Positions 38,597 through 48,350 of a stretch of DNA of 64,000 nucleotides are shown here, piece after piece. The stretch comes from an uncultured Gammaproteobacteria bacterium (GTDB lineage: Bacteria; Patescibacteriota; Microgenomatia; CAYXHB01; CAZYTL01), in the NCBI GenBank assembly GCA_964650355.1, contig CAZYTL010000009.1, positions 413 through 64,412 of the forward strand, given 5' to 3'. How positions within the stretch are numbered: the stretch's first letter is position 1; the number at the start of each line of letters is the position of its first letter. The notes beneath the pieces were generated by a model. It had not been told where the DNA came from, ran no database searches, and saw only the letters and a program-made list of their open reading frames with translations. Made by a program: the position numbers and the translations under genes.

Positions 38597-38755
38597 TTAT
38601 CCTCACCTCCTTCGGGCAGTGAATTTAATTTTAAACCTAATTTCAAGTTATTCACCTGACATTAATAGTAACAGGTAGATTGTACGTGTCAAGTAGAAAC
38701 CGAGGGATAAACCTTCTAGACTTTCCTGATTGACTTGTTATAATACATTTAAAGT

Positions 38756-39658
38756 ATGAAGAAGTGGTTGATCTTGTTAACGATTGTATTTTCCGGTTGT
38801 AGCTTATTGCCGACCAAGAAACCTGCGGCTCTGAAAATCAACACTACGCCTTCCGCCACAGTGTTTGTGGATGGCAAACATATGGGAACCACCCCTTTCA
38901 TGAATGAGGAGTTGGAGCCAGGAGAGATTACCTTAAAGTTGGTGCCGGAAAATCAGAATGAAAAAACTATTACTTGGGAAGGACTGGTGGAGTTAACTTC
39001 AGGTGTAGTGACGGTAGTTAATCATGAATTCGCCACAGATACCACCTCGGCCGCGGGTGAAGTACTTACTTTACAGCCTAATAACCGTTCAGCAGCCTCG
39101 TTGTCAATTGTATCTCAGCCTGACGCGGCTGTGGTGAGGGTAGATGGCGAGTCCAAAGGTTTTACCCCTCTGGTAGTTGATCAAATCGACGCTGGTGATC
39201 ATCAGATTCTGGTTACATCTCCGGGTTATCAGGAAAGATCGATTAACATTAAAGCCCAAACAGGCTATCGGTTGATAGTTTCTGTCCAATTAGCCAGACA
39301 ACAGACTTCACCGACAGGAGAAGAGGCTTCATCCGGCACAGAGGCCAGCGGATCTGCAGAGGCCACTAAATCAGCTGGTCAGGCCACTCCCACTCCTACT
39401 CCGAAGACGCAAGGAAAGGTAACTCCTTCACCAACGGTTAAAACTCCACCGGAAAAGCCTTATGTGAAGATCAATGAAACACCCACAGGCTGGCTCAGGG
39501 TAAGGGCAGAACCAAGCTTGGGATCGGACGAAGTGGCTAAGGTGAATCCAGGTGATATGTTCTCATTAAAAGACGAGCAGTCAGGTTGGTACCAAATCGA
39601 ATATGAGACCGGTAAGTTGGGTTGGATCGCAGGTCAGTACGCGGAAAAGTATGAGTAG
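38756..39658 (+). CDS. PEGA-repeat plus SH3b lipoprotein
   Basis: FSGC lipobox; two PEGA repeats (VFVDG...GTTP, VRVDG...GFTP); WLRVRAEP...GWI SH3. Confidence 0.85.
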   Translation: MKKWLILLTIVFSGCSLLPTKKPAALKINTTPSATVFVDGKHMGTTPFMNEELEPGEITLKLVPENQNEKTITWEGLVELTSGVVTVVNHEFATDTTSAAGEVLTLQPNNRSAASLSIVSQPDAAVVRVDGESKGFTPLVVDQIDAGDHQILVTSPGYQERSINIKAQTGYRLIVSVQLARQQTSPTGEEASSGTEASGSAEATKSAGQATPTPTPKTQGKVTPSPTVKTPPEKPYVKINETPTGWLRVRAEPSLGSDEVAKVNPGDMFSLKDEQSGWYQIEYETGKLGWIAGQYAEKYE

Positions 39659-39719
39659 TTGAAAGAGGGAAGTTTGAAGTTTCTTCGATGTTTTTCTTTG
39701 GAGTGGGATTGTGGAGGTC

Positions 39720-40661
39720 TCAGGTGGTAGGGAAGAGATAAAGAATGATAATTACCACCAAACCCCAGATGGTGACTGCGGTAAGCAATGGGCGATCAGA
39801 AAGAAGTACCCGTTCTGGAGATTCGGCTTTACTCCCGTCATAGATAATTCTTAAGTAACGCATGACACCGTAGATAACCACCGGAATTGTGGTCATCAGC
39901 CATTTATTGGTGCCGGAAAAGGTGAGGGGCAAATTGGAAAAAAGTTGAGGATAGGTTTTGGCTAAGGGTGCGGGTGGTTCGAAAAAGGCAAACAATGCCC
40001 AGGAAACCCAGGTAGAAGTGGCAAACATGGTCACATAACTATTAAGAACATCGGCGTTATATTTGGAAAGCACTTTGCGGTGACTGGCGGCTGTTTGTTC
40101 TGTGAGGATAGCGAGCTCTGCCCGTCTTTTTCCTACAGAAATTAACAGCGCGGTGGTAACCACGCATAACAAAAACCAAATCGAAAGATGGGCATCAATT
40201 ACTAATGCTCCTGCATAAACTCGGAGAATAAATCCTCCCGCGATGACAATCATTTCCAAAATTTCTACGTGTTTAAGGACCAGTGTGTATGTGATTTGCA
40301 ACAGCCAATAGGCGAGAATGATAATGAAAAAGAAGGTCGATAACTGTAATGACCACCATAAACCGGCAATCGAAAAGCAGATGAAAAGAAAGATGGCGGT
40401 ACGGGGAGAAACTTTTCCGGAGGCAATGGGTCGAAGTTTCTTAAAAGGATGCTCACGGTCCTGTTTACGATCGATTAAATCGTTAAATACATAAATCGAA
40501 GAGGCAATGATCGTCATCACGCCCACGGCGATGATCACCAACCAAAGTTTTTCAAATACCAACAGGTTTCCGGAAAAGACCAACGCAGCTCCCACACTTA
40601 GGTTTTTAAGCCATTGTCTGGGTCGGATAGTTTTGAGAATATTAATTGCAAACTCAACCAT
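39720..40661 (-). CDS. UbiA-family decaprenyl-phosphate phosphoribosyltransferase-like protein
   Basis: RPRQWLKN, NDLIDRKQDREHPFKKLRPIASG, GKRRAE. Confidence 0.85.
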   Translation of the reverse strand: MVEFAINILKTIRPRQWLKNLSVGAALVFSGNLLVFEKLWLVIIAVGVMTIIASSIYVFNDLIDRKQDREHPFKKLRPIASGKVSPRTAIFLFICFSIAGLWWSLQLSTFFFIIILAYWLLQITYTLVLKHVEILEMIVIAGGFILRVYAGALVIDAHLSIWFLLCVVTTALLISVGKRRAELAILTEQTAASHRKVLSKYNADVLNSYVTMFATSTWVSWALFAFFEPPAPLAKTYPQLFSNLPLTFSGTNKWLMTTIPVVIYGVMRYLRIIYDGSKAESPERVLLSDRPLLTAVTIWGLVVIIILYLFPTT

Positions 40662-41716
40662 GCTAAGGTGGCTCCGATAATAATTCCTACACCTAGAATT
40701 GTATAAAACTTCTGTCTGCTATTCAATTGTAAAGCTAAAATACCTAATAATCCGGTAATCACCCAATAGAAAACTATTATTTGTCGCTTACTCCAACCTA
40801 AGTCAAGCAGTTTATGGTGCAAATGTCCCCGGTCTCCCCAGACAGGTGATTTTCCATTAAGTAACCTTCTAAAAATTGCCCAACTGGCGTCCATGAGAGG
40901 TACTCCCAGAACTACTAAGACGGTGCCCACTTTGGTAGTAGACAAAATTGCCATCACAGCCAAGACAAAACCACCCAGGCTTTTACCGCTATAACCCGGC
41001 ATGATTTTCTGGGGTGGAAAGTTCCAAGGAAGGAACCCCAGATAGGCTCCGGCAGTAATACCGGCTAAGGTGATTACAGGCCACTGAGTAATGTCAGCAG
41101 AGAATTTTAGGCTCAACAGACCGATGGTCAAAGCAGAAATGGCTACCACTCCTGGGAACTGGCCTTCGATTCCTCCTGCTCCTTGACCAATCAGGTTCAT
41201 CAATCCTACGATCCAGAGAACTGCAAACAGGTCAGCGAGTAGCCAGAGACTGTGTGGTGCCCCAAAAAGATAGAAAGAAAATTGGGGATGAGAGAGATCA
41301 ATAATTCCGCTACCAAAGGGATTAGTAAGAAAAGCGACTCCGATACCTGAGCCTACGACGATGAGAGCGGCCAAAAGATTTCCGCCAAATAAACGCCAGT
41401 AAGGAGACAGATTCCAACGATCATCAAGCAAGCCGACGATTAAGGCTGTCGCCGCCCCGGACAGGATACCTAATAGATGTTTGTCGAAGGGAAGAAATAG
41501 AATGGTGCCGACAATCAAAGCCAGGAAAATAGGCAATCCTCCTCCCCGCGGCACAGGATAGGTATGAGTGGTCTTGGGGTGTTGATGAGCCTGAGGGTCA
41601 TCAACAATTCCCAGACGAGGGGCGAGTTTAATCACGATCCAGGTAGCCGTGAAACTGCTGACTAATCCGATCAGTCCGGGAAGAAAAAGAAGCGTTATGA
41701 AAGGCTGCGAGGTCAT
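40598..41716 (-). CDS. WecA/TagO-like (MraY family) hexosamine-1-phosphate transferase
   Basis: PRGGG, GLLDD, FLPWNFPP, DRGHLHHKL. Confidence 0.85.
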   Translation of the reverse strand: MTSQPFITLLFLPGLIGLVSSFTATWIVIKLAPRLGIVDDPQAHQHPKTTHTYPVPRGGGLPIFLALIVGTILFLPFDKHLLGILSGAATALIVGLLDDRWNLSPYWRLFGGNLLAALIVVGSGIGVAFLTNPFGSGIIDLSHPQFSFYLFGAPHSLWLLADLFAVLWIVGLMNLIGQGAGGIEGQFPGVVAISALTIGLLSLKFSADITQWPVITLAGITAGAYLGFLPWNFPPQKIMPGYSGKSLGGFVLAVMAILSTTKVGTVLVVLGVPLMDASWAIFRRLLNGKSPVWGDRGHLHHKLLDLGWSKRQIIVFYWVITGLLGILALQLNSRQKFYTILGVGIIIGATLAWLSLQLIFSKLSDPDNGLKT

Positions 41717-41765
41717 GATGCGATGGATGGTGGAGATAGAAACTCAGGCTTAAGATTACAGGTCC

Positions 41766-42149
41766 TTAACTAATTAACAAGTAAATTCTGGCTAAACTGA
41801 AAGCCAGCAGACCGACACTCAAAAATGCTGTCCAGACAATCACTTTACCTAATTTGGGCCATTTTTTACTAACTAAAATAGCCAGTAGAAAATCAAAACC
41901 TAGAATGATTCCCAAGACGAACATTATTGGCCAAAGGTTTGTTTCCGTGGCTAGTTGTTCAGCGCCCCGAGGCAAACTATAAAACAGAGGAAATTGAGGT
42001 GGTAGATATTGACGGTGCGAAAATCCGGGATAAGTTAGCCAGAACAAGATTCCGGTCAACAATAAGTAGAGGAAAATGGTGAGCAGGGTTAATTGCCGAT
42101 TAATTCTTTGACCCCAAAAGGTGTACCAGAGCTGAACGATTTTATTCAT
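41766..42149 (-). CDS. Membrane protein (DUF1648-like)
   Basis: Three TM helices; LPPQFPLFYSLPRGAEQLA. Confidence 0.65.
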   Translation of the reverse strand: MNKIVQLWYTFWGQRINRQLTLLTIFLYLLLTGILFWLTYPGFSHRQYLPPQFPLFYSLPRGAEQLATETNLWPIMFVLGIILGFDFLLAILVSKKWPKLGKVIVWTAFLSVGLLAFSLARIYLLIS

Positions 42150-42177
42150 TAGGATTAATTATACCTCAATGAGAGAG

Positions 42178-43815
42178 CTAAGAGGGGGGGTGCCCAAGTT
42201 GAAAGATTTGAGCATAGTTTGAATTTTGAATTAAATGATACCGTCGACTAATTAATTCATTAAGCTGAAGAAACGTGTTAGGCGCAGAATTTAATCTGAC
42301 GATATAGGTGGGGGGTGTGCGTCTCAGAATTGTAATGGTAGTTTCTTGAGCATGAAACTGGTTAATATGATAAGCGGCAATGTAAGGCCCGTCTGGTAAT
42401 TTACTAGTTAGTGGGTAGATCATGGTATCATCTCCCCAAATAAATAGGCTATCTGTAGACGAGAGATGAGCATTAATCCAAGCAGCCAACCGATAGGTGG
42501 ATAGCACTCGCGGGTCAAACCATTGTAAATAGTCTTCTGGAGACCGAGCACCAGAGACGTAGGTGATAAAATTAGTGTAGTAACCAGCTACTGAATACCT
42601 CCAAAAGTTGATCCGGATCCAGGCAAGATACAAGATTGCTAGAGCGATGAGAGAAAAAGTCAAAGGATACTTGAGGCCAAAGATTCCCAGCGGCTGACGA
42701 AAAGAAAACTTGGGCAAACTCAGTACTCCCCAGGCAATTAGCAAACTTAAAGACGGCACCACCTGAAGAAGATAATGAGGATAAGGGCGACTGGAGAGCA
42801 ATGCGCCGAACAGCGACCAAGAAAACCAGAGAGAGATAAATAAGATGGGTGTTTTTAGTCGCTGGCGTAGCTTCCAAAGGACTCCGCAAATAATCATCAG
42901 CACTATGAATCTTTGCAACAAAGTACCCCCGAAGGCAGTAGTGCTCCCCCATTGCGATTCTGGTACCCAGACGGAAACATAGAAAAAATTATTTAAGAAT
43001 ACATCCTGAATAAAACTGGACCAGCTATGGAGATAAAGAAAAATCAGGGAAACGGTAGCTATCGGAATAATGAATCCGGTTGTGAGAGACAATGAATCTC
43101 GAAAAAGTTGAGACAAAGTCTGTTTGTTAAATACTTTAATTAAATAAACAATGAAAATTAGTCCGGTGATGAAGTCGGTAAACGCCGGATGTTTAAATAA
43201 AAACCCTATTCCGAATAAACCTCCTGCGGTCATCAACCACAGATAGCGAGAATTTAGTTTCCGGTGATGACGAAGATGAACTAGACGCCCAAGAAAATTT
43301 TTAAAAGTCGAAAATGGAAGGGTCGTTTGGTTGTGGAATAAAGAAAATATAATGGTCATGGCACCAATTACGGGTGCCATCATAAAGATCTCTCCGTTGG
43401 CTAAATTACCTTCCCAAAATGGCAGGGAGATGAGCAGACTAAAGATGATTACAGCCAGTAAACTGGTAAGCGGTAGAGAGGATAATTTGGGATCGTGTTC
43501 ATCCCTGGCGAGATTGATTTTCCAAACCAAGTTCCAGAATAAGATAATGGTAAATAACACCCAAATTGTTAAAATTAGTTTGAGGGCAAATAAATTGCCG
43601 GCTAACCCAGCAATGAAATAGAGAAGAGGAGGTTTATTGTCATGAATGTCCCGGTAAAGAACTCTGCCTTCTCTCCAGGCTTGTCCCATGGTAAGGGTGA
43701 TGCCTTCGTCACCATACCAGTAGGGCTCGAATAGAGAAGGTAACCTGAGCATAAAGACTGATGCTAAGATGACTATCAGCCACCAACGCCGAGACTGAGG
43801 AAGTAGTTTTTTCAT
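42178..43815 (-). CDS. GT-C fold glycosyltransferase-like membrane protein
   Basis: EPYWYGDEG, LYRDIHDNKPPLLY, NGEIF, RPYPHY. Confidence 0.8.
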   Translation of the reverse strand: MKKLLPQSRRWWLIVILASVFMLRLPSLFEPYWYGDEGITLTMGQAWREGRVLYRDIHDNKPPLLYFIAGLAGNLFALKLILTIWVLFTIILFWNLVWKINLARDEHDPKLSSLPLTSLLAVIIFSLLISLPFWEGNLANGEIFMMAPVIGAMTIIFSLFHNQTTLPFSTFKNFLGRLVHLRHHRKLNSRYLWLMTAGGLFGIGFLFKHPAFTDFITGLIFIVYLIKVFNKQTLSQLFRDSLSLTTGFIIPIATVSLIFLYLHSWSSFIQDVFLNNFFYVSVWVPESQWGSTTAFGGTLLQRFIVLMIICGVLWKLRQRLKTPILFISLWFSWSLFGALLSSRPYPHYLLQVVPSLSLLIAWGVLSLPKFSFRQPLGIFGLKYPLTFSLIALAILYLAWIRINFWRYSVAGYYTNFITYVSGARSPEDYLQWFDPRVLSTYRLAAWINAHLSSTDSLFIWGDDTMIYPLTSKLPDGPYIAAYHINQFHAQETTITILRRTPPTYIVRLNSAPNTFLQLNELISRRYHLIQNSNYAQIFQLGHPPS

Positions 43816-43862
43816 TATTAGGTTTATTTTAGTGTTTATAAGTTAACTTGTCATCAAAAACC

Positions 43863-45035
43863 ATGAAGATTGCCATATTGAATATCTACTCTGGATTGGT
43901 GTCCAGAGGAGCTGAAACAGCAGTACACGAAGTGGCCAAACGACTCCAGAAATCACATCAGATAACTATCTTTCAGGGTGGAAGAAGAAAATATTCCGAT
44001 ACCAACTATCAGGTGGCAAGCATTCCAGGAGTGCATGTTTTACCGACCGATCCTGGTTCCGGATGGATAAACAAAATTAAACACCGGTTGTATATAGATG
44101 AATATAACCTGATGGTGAAGCGCTTTACTTACTCCTGCGCAGAGCGAATGGCCAAAGAAAACTTTTCTGTAATCTTGGCCATTAACGGGTATCAGCAATT
44201 AAGGGTGCTAAAAGAGCAGAAATCGAAGCTGAAGTCCAAAATTGTGTTTGTAAACCATGCTCAATTCTGCGCCTCGGTATTGAGGATGGCAGGCTGGGAC
44301 AATTGGATGAAGTTAAGATTGGCGCCGGATGTATTTGTGACTTTGACTCAAACCATGGATGATTGGTGCCGAAAGCGGGCACCCAAAGAGACGCGGGTGG
44401 TAAAAATTCCCGATGGAGTAGATTTGAAAGGGTTTAATCCCCGGATTAAGCCCCAGAAGCTAGACCTTCCCAAGCCGCTGATTTTGTCCGTGGCTGGGCT
44501 GCAGGCATACAAACGCGTGGATTTACTGATCAGGGCAGTGGCAAAGATGCCTGTTAAGCGACAAGCGAGAAAACTGAAAACCCTGGGGTTACCTAAGTCC
44601 GGAACGCAGGTTCCCAGCCTTTTGATTCTCGGTGATGGACCGTTAAAATCCAAATTACTGGATTTAGGAAACAGATTACTAGGTTCCGAGAGGTTCAAGA
44701 TTATGACTGTGGCTTATGATCAGATGCCCCACTATTACGCAGCCTGCCAGGTATTTAGCTTGCCGTCCTCACCGGTGGAAGCTTTTGGCATTTCCTATTT
44801 AGAAGCTATGGCCACGAATAAACCGTTGGTGGCCCCTGATGATGATCAGCGCCGAGAATTAACCGGCAAAGGAGGAGTATTGGTTGATGTAAAGGATACT
44901 GAAGCTTACGCCCAAGCTTTAACTCAGGCTCTGACCACCAATTGGCATAACCAACCACGGAAACAGGCAGAAAAATATTCCTGGGAACAAGTAGCTGACC
45001 AATATGAAGAGCTGTTTAAAAGCCTTGCTGGTTAA
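43863..45035 (+). CDS. Glycosyltransferase family 4
   Basis: GAE, IPDGVD, KRVD, EAFGISYLEAMA. Confidence 0.9.
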   Translation: MKIAILNIYSGLVSRGAETAVHEVAKRLQKSHQITIFQGGRRKYSDTNYQVASIPGVHVLPTDPGSGWINKIKHRLYIDEYNLMVKRFTYSCAERMAKENFSVILAINGYQQLRVLKEQKSKLKSKIVFVNHAQFCASVLRMAGWDNWMKLRLAPDVFVTLTQTMDDWCRKRAPKETRVVKIPDGVDLKGFNPRIKPQKLDLPKPLILSVAGLQAYKRVDLLIRAVAKMPVKRQARKLKTLGLPKSGTQVPSLLILGDGPLKSKLLDLGNRLLGSERFKIMTVAYDQMPHYYAACQVFSLPSSPVEAFGISYLEAMATNKPLVAPDDDQRRELTGKGGVLVDVKDTEAYAQALTQALTTNWHNQPRKQAEKYSWEQVADQYEELFKSLAG

Positions 45036-45076
45036 TCAGTTGAGAGTTAAATAGTTGGCATATAATGATACTAAGC

Positions 45077-46282
45077 ATGGAATTATTATTTTTGATTAGA
45101 ACCGCTTATGTAGATCTGAAAAGGAATAAAGTCAGATCTTTGTTAACCTCTTTGGGCATTCTCATCGGAGTATTTTCTGTGGTGACTTTAATTGCCTTCG
45201 GGTTGGGGTTGAGGGGGTTTATTCAGGAACAATTTGCAAAAATCGGCACCAATCTGGTGATCGTGTTTCCGGGCAACTTTTCATCAGATCAGGGTGGATA
45301 CCAGGATAGCGAAGGAGGTTTGGGAATGATCACCTTTGACCAACGGGATTTTCAGGCACTTCAACGAATTAAAGTGGCCAAATATGTGGTTCCAGCGTTT
45401 ATTAAAGTAGTGAAAATAGAAGCAGGAGGAGAGTCGAAAGTGCGCAGTTTGTTCGCTTCCACAGCAGATATTTTCCCCGTACAGAACTGCGAGATAGAGT
45501 ACGGAAGGTTGTTTACTGAAGCGGATGTGAGAAAAGAGGTAAAAATAGCGGTATTGGGTTCAAAAGTGGCAGAGGAGCATTTTGGCAGCGGTCAGAACGC
45601 GGTGGGCAAAACGGTACGGTTAGACGATCAAAGGTTTAAGGTGGTTGGAGTACTCAAAGCCAAAGGCGGCGGGCTGGGCGGACGGGATTTTGATACCTTT
45701 ATTTACACTCCTTATACGGCTGCCTATGTTTTCAATCCAGATAAAACTTTTGCCGCTTTTTACATGCAGGCCAAAAATAAAGAAGACATTCCGGAATTAA
45801 AATCCGAAGCCCAAAAGATTTTGGAGAAACGCTATGACAAAGAAGATTTTTCGGTGATTGAACAGACGGAAATTTTGGGGATTGTGGACGAGATTTTCGG
45901 GATGATTAATTTATTGTTGGTGGCTTTGGGATCAATTTCTTTGGTGGTAGGCGGAGTGGGAATTATGAATATTATGTACGCTTCCGTGACAGAAAGAACC
46001 AAAGAAGTGGGGATCAGACGGGCGTTGGGAGCCACCAAACAGGACATTCTGGTGCAGTTTTTGTCAGAAGCGGTGATTTTGGCCTTGTTCGGGGGATTAG
46101 CAGGTCTGGGCATTGCCACTGTCGGAGTGATCATCGCCCGGCACTGGTTCCCGGCGGCGATTAACCTGATGTCGATTGGTCTGGCATTGGGAGTGTCATC
46201 AGTGATTGGGATCACATTTGGAGTTTTTCCAGCCCGCAAAGCTGCCACCTTGCCTCCGATCGAAGCAATTAGAAGACATTAG
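45077..46282 (+). CDS. MacB/FtsX-like ABC permease
   Basis: RSLLTSLGILIGV, GGVGIMNIM, ERTKEVGIRRALGA. Confidence 0.9.
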   Translation: MELLFLIRTAYVDLKRNKVRSLLTSLGILIGVFSVVTLIAFGLGLRGFIQEQFAKIGTNLVIVFPGNFSSDQGGYQDSEGGLGMITFDQRDFQALQRIKVAKYVVPAFIKVVKIEAGGESKVRSLFASTADIFPVQNCEIEYGRLFTEADVRKEVKIAVLGSKVAEEHFGSGQNAVGKTVRLDDQRFKVVGVLKAKGGGLGGRDFDTFIYTPYTAAYVFNPDKTFAAFYMQAKNKEDIPELKSEAQKILEKRYDKEDFSVIEQTEILGIVDEIFGMINLLLVALGSISLVVGGVGIMNIMYASVTERTKEVGIRRALGATKQDILVQFLSEAVILALFGGLAGLGIATVGVIIARHWFPAAINLMSIGLALGVSSVIGITFGVFPARKAATLPPIEAIRRH

Positions 46283-46292
46283 TTTAAGAAAT

Positions 46293-47510
46293 ATGTTTAA
46301 TTTCATTTTGTTAATAAAAACTTCCACTACAGATTTGCTTAAAAATAAGATCCGCACCGGATTGACTTCTCTGGGGATTCTGATCGGGGTGATGTCAGTA
46401 GTGTTATTATTGGCTTTTGGCCAGGGACTGAAAAACTTTGTGACTCAACAACTGGAAAATTTAGGCGCCAACGTACTATTCGTTTATCCCGGCGACATAT
46501 TAAACAGTACCAGTCAGGCTGGCGGAGGCATGTTGGGAACTGTGAAGTTTGACCAAAAAGATTTGAAAAATTTACAGAAATTGAATTTGGCAAAATATGT
46601 AGTTCCGGTATTTATTAAGCGGTCAACGATAAAAGGGGGCAGTGAAAAAAAGCTCAGTGATTTATATGCCACGACTCCTGATATTTTTAAAATTCGTGAT
46701 TTAAAACCCCAAACAGGAAGATTGTTTACTGACGCAGACATAGGAAAAAGAGCCAAAATCGCTGTTTTGGGGCCTAAGATTGCCAAAGATTTGTTCGGGA
46801 ATGAAGTGCAGGCTGTGGGAAAAACCGTCCGGGCTGAAGACCAGAGGTTTACTGTGGTAGGCGTGATTGAGCCCGTCGGAGGGGCCGGAGGGGGAGGTGG
46901 TATTTCCGGCCCTGATTATGACTCCTATACTTATATTCCTTTCACAGCGGCCACGGCTTTTAATCCTAAAAATGAAATTTATTCTTTTTATGTTACTGCG
47001 GCAACAAAAGACGACTTGCCAGATTTGAAGGCTGAGATTGTGAAAGTGATGAGTGACCGCTACAAAAAGGATGAGTATTCGGTGATTGAGCAAAAGGAGA
47101 TTTTAAGTATCTTTGGCAACATTTTTCAGATTATCAATGCTGTGCTGGTAGCCATCGGGTCGATTTCTTTACTGGTAGGCGGGGTCGGGATCATGAATAT
47201 TATGTACGCGACGGTCACGGAAAGAACTACTGAAATAGGCATCCGTAGAGCCCTAGGAGCTACCAAGGGAGATATTTTGGGGCTGTTTTTGATCCAGGCC
47301 ACACTCTTATCTTTGTTAGGGGGAATTATTGGATTGGCCTTGGCTACTTTGATAGTGATGTTGATTCAGCCGTGGTTTCCTGCCAGTATTAACCTGCTTT
47401 CGGTGATGGTGGCTCTGGTGGTGTCGTCGGCCATTGGGGTATTTTTTGGCGTGGTGCCGGCCACTAAAGCCGCCAAAAGATCCCCTATTGATGCCATTAG
47501 GTATGAATAG
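46293..47510 (+). CDS. MacB/FtsX-like ABC permease (tandem paralog)
   Basis: RTGLTSLGILIGV, GGVGIMNIM, ERTTEIGIRRALGA, PIDAIRYE. Confidence 0.9.
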   Translation: MFNFILLIKTSTTDLLKNKIRTGLTSLGILIGVMSVVLLLAFGQGLKNFVTQQLENLGANVLFVYPGDILNSTSQAGGGMLGTVKFDQKDLKNLQKLNLAKYVVPVFIKRSTIKGGSEKKLSDLYATTPDIFKIRDLKPQTGRLFTDADIGKRAKIAVLGPKIAKDLFGNEVQAVGKTVRAEDQRFTVVGVIEPVGGAGGGGGISGPDYDSYTYIPFTAATAFNPKNEIYSFYVTAATKDDLPDLKAEIVKVMSDRYKKDEYSVIEQKEILSIFGNIFQIINAVLVAIGSISLLVGGVGIMNIMYATVTERTTEIGIRRALGATKGDILGLFLIQATLLSLLGGIIGLALATLIVMLIQPWFPASINLLSVMVALVVSSAIGVFFGVVPATKAAKRSPIDAIRYE

Positions 47511-47555
47511 CTCTTATGCTTTTCCCTTTGGAGAATGAGGCGACTAGAAGAAGGG

Positions 47556-48344
47556 CTAAGACGAGGCGCTCGTATAGCTGCGGATGGCAAAGTTCCAGAA
47601 GCTGTGGCTGAGATAGAGAAACATCGTGGCTAAGATGATGGGTAAAGTCCATGCCCATGGTTGTGCTTGACCAAGGATAAGCTGGGTCGGAGTGTAGACG
47701 ATGATGCCGACCGGAATGATAAAGGTAATGATGGCTTGCAAGACGATGGGGTAGGCGGTTTTGGGAAACTGGGCGGTTTCGAAAATTGGCGGGAAGAGGT
47801 TAACGATATTTTCCAATCTACCAAAATAGAAAGCGACAGTAATGCTGATAAACCACAAGGCATAGGTAAGAATCATGCCGGAAATCAGTAAGGGAATAAT
47901 GATCACCAGAGACCAATAATTAAAGGTCAAGTTCAGATGTTGGAAACTGTAGATCAGCAGAGCGGTTCCCATCATCAGGGAGGAGATTTGATTGACACTG
48001 ATACGCCTTGTTGAAAGGAAAAATTGGCTGTCGATGGGTTTGGTGAGCCATAAATCCAACTCTCCTTTGTTAATCATTCTGGGAATGGGAAATAAATTGG
48101 GCCAAAAGTATCCCCAAAATACAGCGCTGAAATAGCGATACCAACCGAGTAACATGAGAATCTGGTAGTAGTTCCAGCCGCCCAAAAGCCTGACCTTGCC
48201 GTATAAAGCAGTAAAAAAGATAATCGCCAGTACTCCCCAGGCCAGATCCACGAAGAACCACATGATGAAATCACCCCGATAGGTGAGGCTGGCCACAATG
48301 GAGTATTTAAGCTGGATATAAAACATTCTTAGATAACGATTCAT
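47556..48344 (-). CDS. ABC-2 family (DUF990) permease
   Basis: YRGDF, GELDLWLTKPID, C-terminal YTSASS. Confidence 0.85.
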   Translation of the reverse strand: MNRYLRMFYIQLKYSIVASLTYRGDFIMWFFVDLAWGVLAIIFFTALYGKVRLLGGWNYYQILMLLGWYRYFSAVFWGYFWPNLFPIPRMINKGELDLWLTKPIDSQFFLSTRRISVNQISSLMMGTALLIYSFQHLNLTFNYWSLVIIIPLLISGMILTYALWFISITVAFYFGRLENIVNLFPPIFETAQFPKTAYPIVLQAIITFIIPVGIIVYTPTQLILGQAQPWAWTLPIILATMFLYLSHSFWNFAIRSYTSASS

Positions 48345-48350
48345 ATGGTT

